DNA from: the human T2T-CHM13v2.0 reference genome, Homo sapiens
DNA length: 64,000 nucleotides
Assembly (NCBI RefSeq): GCF_009914755.1
Contig: NC_060947.1
Reading direction: 5' to 3' (one strand)
Shown here: piece after piece, positions 60,611 through 64,000 of the stretch
Position numbering within the stretch: the stretch's first letter is position 1
Layout: each line of letters opens with the position of its first letter
Position numbers and translations under genes: made by a program
The notes under the pieces: generated by a model
The model's database searches: none
What the model saw: only the letters and a program-made list of their open reading frames with translations
Told to the model about the DNA's origin: nothing

Positions 60611-61839
60611 ACTTCCCCTTTCTGAGCCTCACTATCTTACTCTAAAACATGAGGAAGTTAGACAAAGAATCTCCAAAGCCTCTCCCAGCTCCCACACTTA
60701 ATGATCATGATAAAGTAGTAGAATTCTAAAGGGCATGTGCTATGCCGAATCCCTCACAAAAAGCCAGTTCACACTTTTTGTGAATTTGCAGTTAAAAAAA
60801 CCAAATGGTGACACAGATGACATAAAAGGCTTAAACAGAGCTGTCAAAGAACATGGCGCTTGAGCACATTCGGTTTATACACAATCAGACACTACAGACG
60901 GACAGGCTTGGTGCCTGCTGTGAAGAAGCAAAGAACACCTGGGACATGCATGGACTGGGACCAGGGGAAATGGCTTTTTCCTAGCTGGGCAGAAGGGTCT
61001 CATTCCAGGACAGCAGGACAAAATAGACAACTTTGTGATAGAATCACTTCTTTCAGTCGGGCAAAGAAATGGTGCTAGGGAAATATGGGAATGGAGGTGC
61101 CAAAAGTACCACAAGATGGAACCCCTCCTAAGTAGAGTTGAAGTGCCCCCAGTGGCTCCTGCTGAGAGGCATTTGAGATGGGTGGGAGGGTGGTGTGGGG
61201 GCTGGGCACATGGGAGCATAGTCATAGGTGGGAGACATAACTAGGAGGTGTGGAAACTGCCCCTGTGCGCTGCAGAGTGGAGTAACCAGGTTTGTCTTTT
61301 AGTTGGAGCAATTGCTGGCTTTGTGGCTGTTAGAATCAGTGGAAGCTTTTCAACTATCATCTTTTCTTGAGGAAATAAAAAGGCTCGCAAACTAGGTTTG
61401 CAAACTGCCACCCTCTTCTGGCTTATCAGAGAGGTTGGGAGAAATGCAAAAAAAAGGATAAAAAAATAAGGAGGTAAAAGTAAACAGATCCTGCTGTTAA
61501 GTAGAGGAATGTCAAAGGAGGAAATGACAGACACATGCTTCAGGGTCTACTAGAGTTCACGTCACTAAGGGGTGAATTGGGTCATTCTACAGAAGAAATA
61601 ATAAGAAGCAATAGAGGAGGTAAAGGGGAATAAAAACCAGAGTCAAGAATATGAGTAGAAGACAAAAAAAAAAGAGAGAGAGAAAACCCCTGCATGACTA
61701 GAGCTGCCCTATAATAATAGGCCGGAAGCCTTTCCAGGAGGCAGTAAATAGAGATCTGGAGAATGAGAGAATGAAGAGAGAAATGTCAAGATTTAGCGGT
61801 GGCAGGTGACCCTGCCAGACAGCAAGAGCAGAATAATGA

Positions 61840-62070
61840 CAGTAAACATTAGAAAGCGCCTGTTCTGTGTCAGGTATTACTCGAAGAGCTTTGTGTGTAT
61901 TTACTCACTTTCTCTTTACAAGTCTGTGAGGGTAGTTGTGGACATCTTATAGATGAGGAAACTGAGGTCTGCAGACATTTAATAACTTGCCCAAGGTCAT
62001 ATAACTCCCAAGTGGGAGAGCAAGGGTTTGAACCCAGACAATTTGGTTCCAGTGTGGGTGCCTGTACTCT
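61840..62070 (-). mobile_element. MIR SINE
   Basis: ttatagatgaggaaactgaggtc...taacttgcccaaggtcat...tttgaacccagaca. Confidence 0.85.
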
Positions 62071-62175
62071 GCTGACTTGCCTAGTTCTGCTGCTACTTTC
62101 CACCTTGTACTTCTTTGTTGTCTAGCTTCTGCTCTCTCACTACCCCACTGAAATTGTGCCTAAAAGTCAATATGA

Positions 62176-62500
<325 letters not shown>

Positions 62501-62792
62501 TAACTTTTGTACTTTTAGTAGAGACGGTTTCACTGCAGTTGCCGCAATTCAATTCTTCATTACTTCCATTCATTCAACCAACACACAATTCAGCCTTTCT
62601 GTTATATTTGGCACTGTCAATTATTCTCTCCATGTGTCAGACCCTGTGGATACAATAGTGAGCAAAACAGATATGGCCTCTGCCCTTACAGAGTTTACTG
62701 TCTTGGAGCTAGTCTGATATTAAATAAATAATCACACAAACTGATAAGTGCTGTTAATGAAAATTGTGGACCTTTATAAAAGGGTGACATAG

Positions 62793-63170
<378 letters not shown>

Positions 63171-63550
63171 TTAGTCTTCCTTCCTCTACCTTCTCCCTTC
63201 TCCAATCCGATTTACCCAGTGTTGCCCAGGTTAATACTCCTGGGGTCCATTTCTGACCCTGCCACTCCTAAGCTCAAACTCCTTCAGTGGTTTACACAAT
63301 AAAGTCTAAACTCCTTAGGTAGATATTCCAGACCCTCCATAGTCTGCTTCCAACCTGCCTTTTTAACCTCTTCCCACTATTCCCCTTTAAGGACTCCATG
63401 CTGCAAATACACTGAACCCACTGCCCCTCACACAAAGCTATGCACCTTTGCCATGCTTTTCCTTTTGCCTGGAATACCTCTCCTTTCCTTCCTTATGTCC
63501 AAATCCTATACATCTTTAAAACCCAGTTCAACCTTCTCCACAAAGCATTT

Positions 63551-63830
63551 TCTTCTTCTTATTATTATTATTTAGAGATGGAGTGGCTGGAGTGCAGTGT
63601 CGCGATCTTGGCTCACTGCAAACTCCACCTCCTGAGTTCAAGCGATTCTGATGCCTCAGCCTCCCGAATAGCTGGGATTGTGGGTGCACACCACCACACC
63701 CGGCTAATTTTTGTATTTTTAGTAGCGACGGGGTTTCACCATGATGGCCAGGCTGGTCTTGAACTCCTGGCCTCAAGTGGTCCTCCTGCCTCAGCCTCCC
63801 AAAGTGCTGGGATTACAGGCATGAGCAGTG
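63551..63830 (-). mobile_element. Alu with deletions, within a sense L2 3' region (~63160-64000)
   Basis: Alu consensus; caaagcattt flanking repeat; L2 motifs ccttttgcctggaatacc and agactataagctcattgagg. Confidence 0.8.
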
Positions 63831-64000
63831 ACTGGGTGCCCTGCCTGCAAAGCATTTCCTTATTCCCTCCTTTGGAATCTCAGTACTTTCCCCCCACTTT
63901 CATAGCACCCACCCTCTATCTTTAATATTGTAATCATTCTAATACAATAAATGGAAGCCTAACCCCTTCCCCTATCAGACTATAAGCTCATTGAGGATCT

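Overview
This is mammalian genomic DNA, primate by its dense Alu content, and the deduced protein matches human DLG3 as I recall it. It holds most of the X-linked DLG3 gene (SAP102, a MAGUK synaptic scaffold) on the + strand. Coding exons 2-19 run from 238 to 53589, all with GT-AG boundaries. They splice into one open 698-aa frame (PDZ1-PDZ2-PDZ3-SH3-Hook-GK, ending ...[10 protein letters not shown]); exon 1 lies upstream of the window. Also present are two internal CpG-rich alternative first exons (one coding at 3947-4080, one apparently non-coding ending at 6588) and a cassette of alternative Hook-region exons (100, 46 and 42 nt). There is a ~3.2-kb 3' UTR with two poly(A) signal sites, a U4 snRNA retrocopy in intron 6, about 35 Alu/FLAM copies (mostly antisense), L1M, L2, L3/CR1, MIR and MER5 relics, microsatellites, and ~7 kb of repeat-rich downstream DNA. 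I found no prokaryote-type system (CRISPR, defence island, operon) and nothing I can call a new biological system. The most interesting signals are regulatory: a coherent splicing code around the mutually exclusive Hook exons, a candidate UG-repeat-guarded poly(A) site in the last intron, a sense-oriented U4 copy beside a weak donor, and an Alu whose deleted middle segment reappears just outside its own target-site duplication. Repeat boundaries and subfamily calls were made by eye and are approximate.
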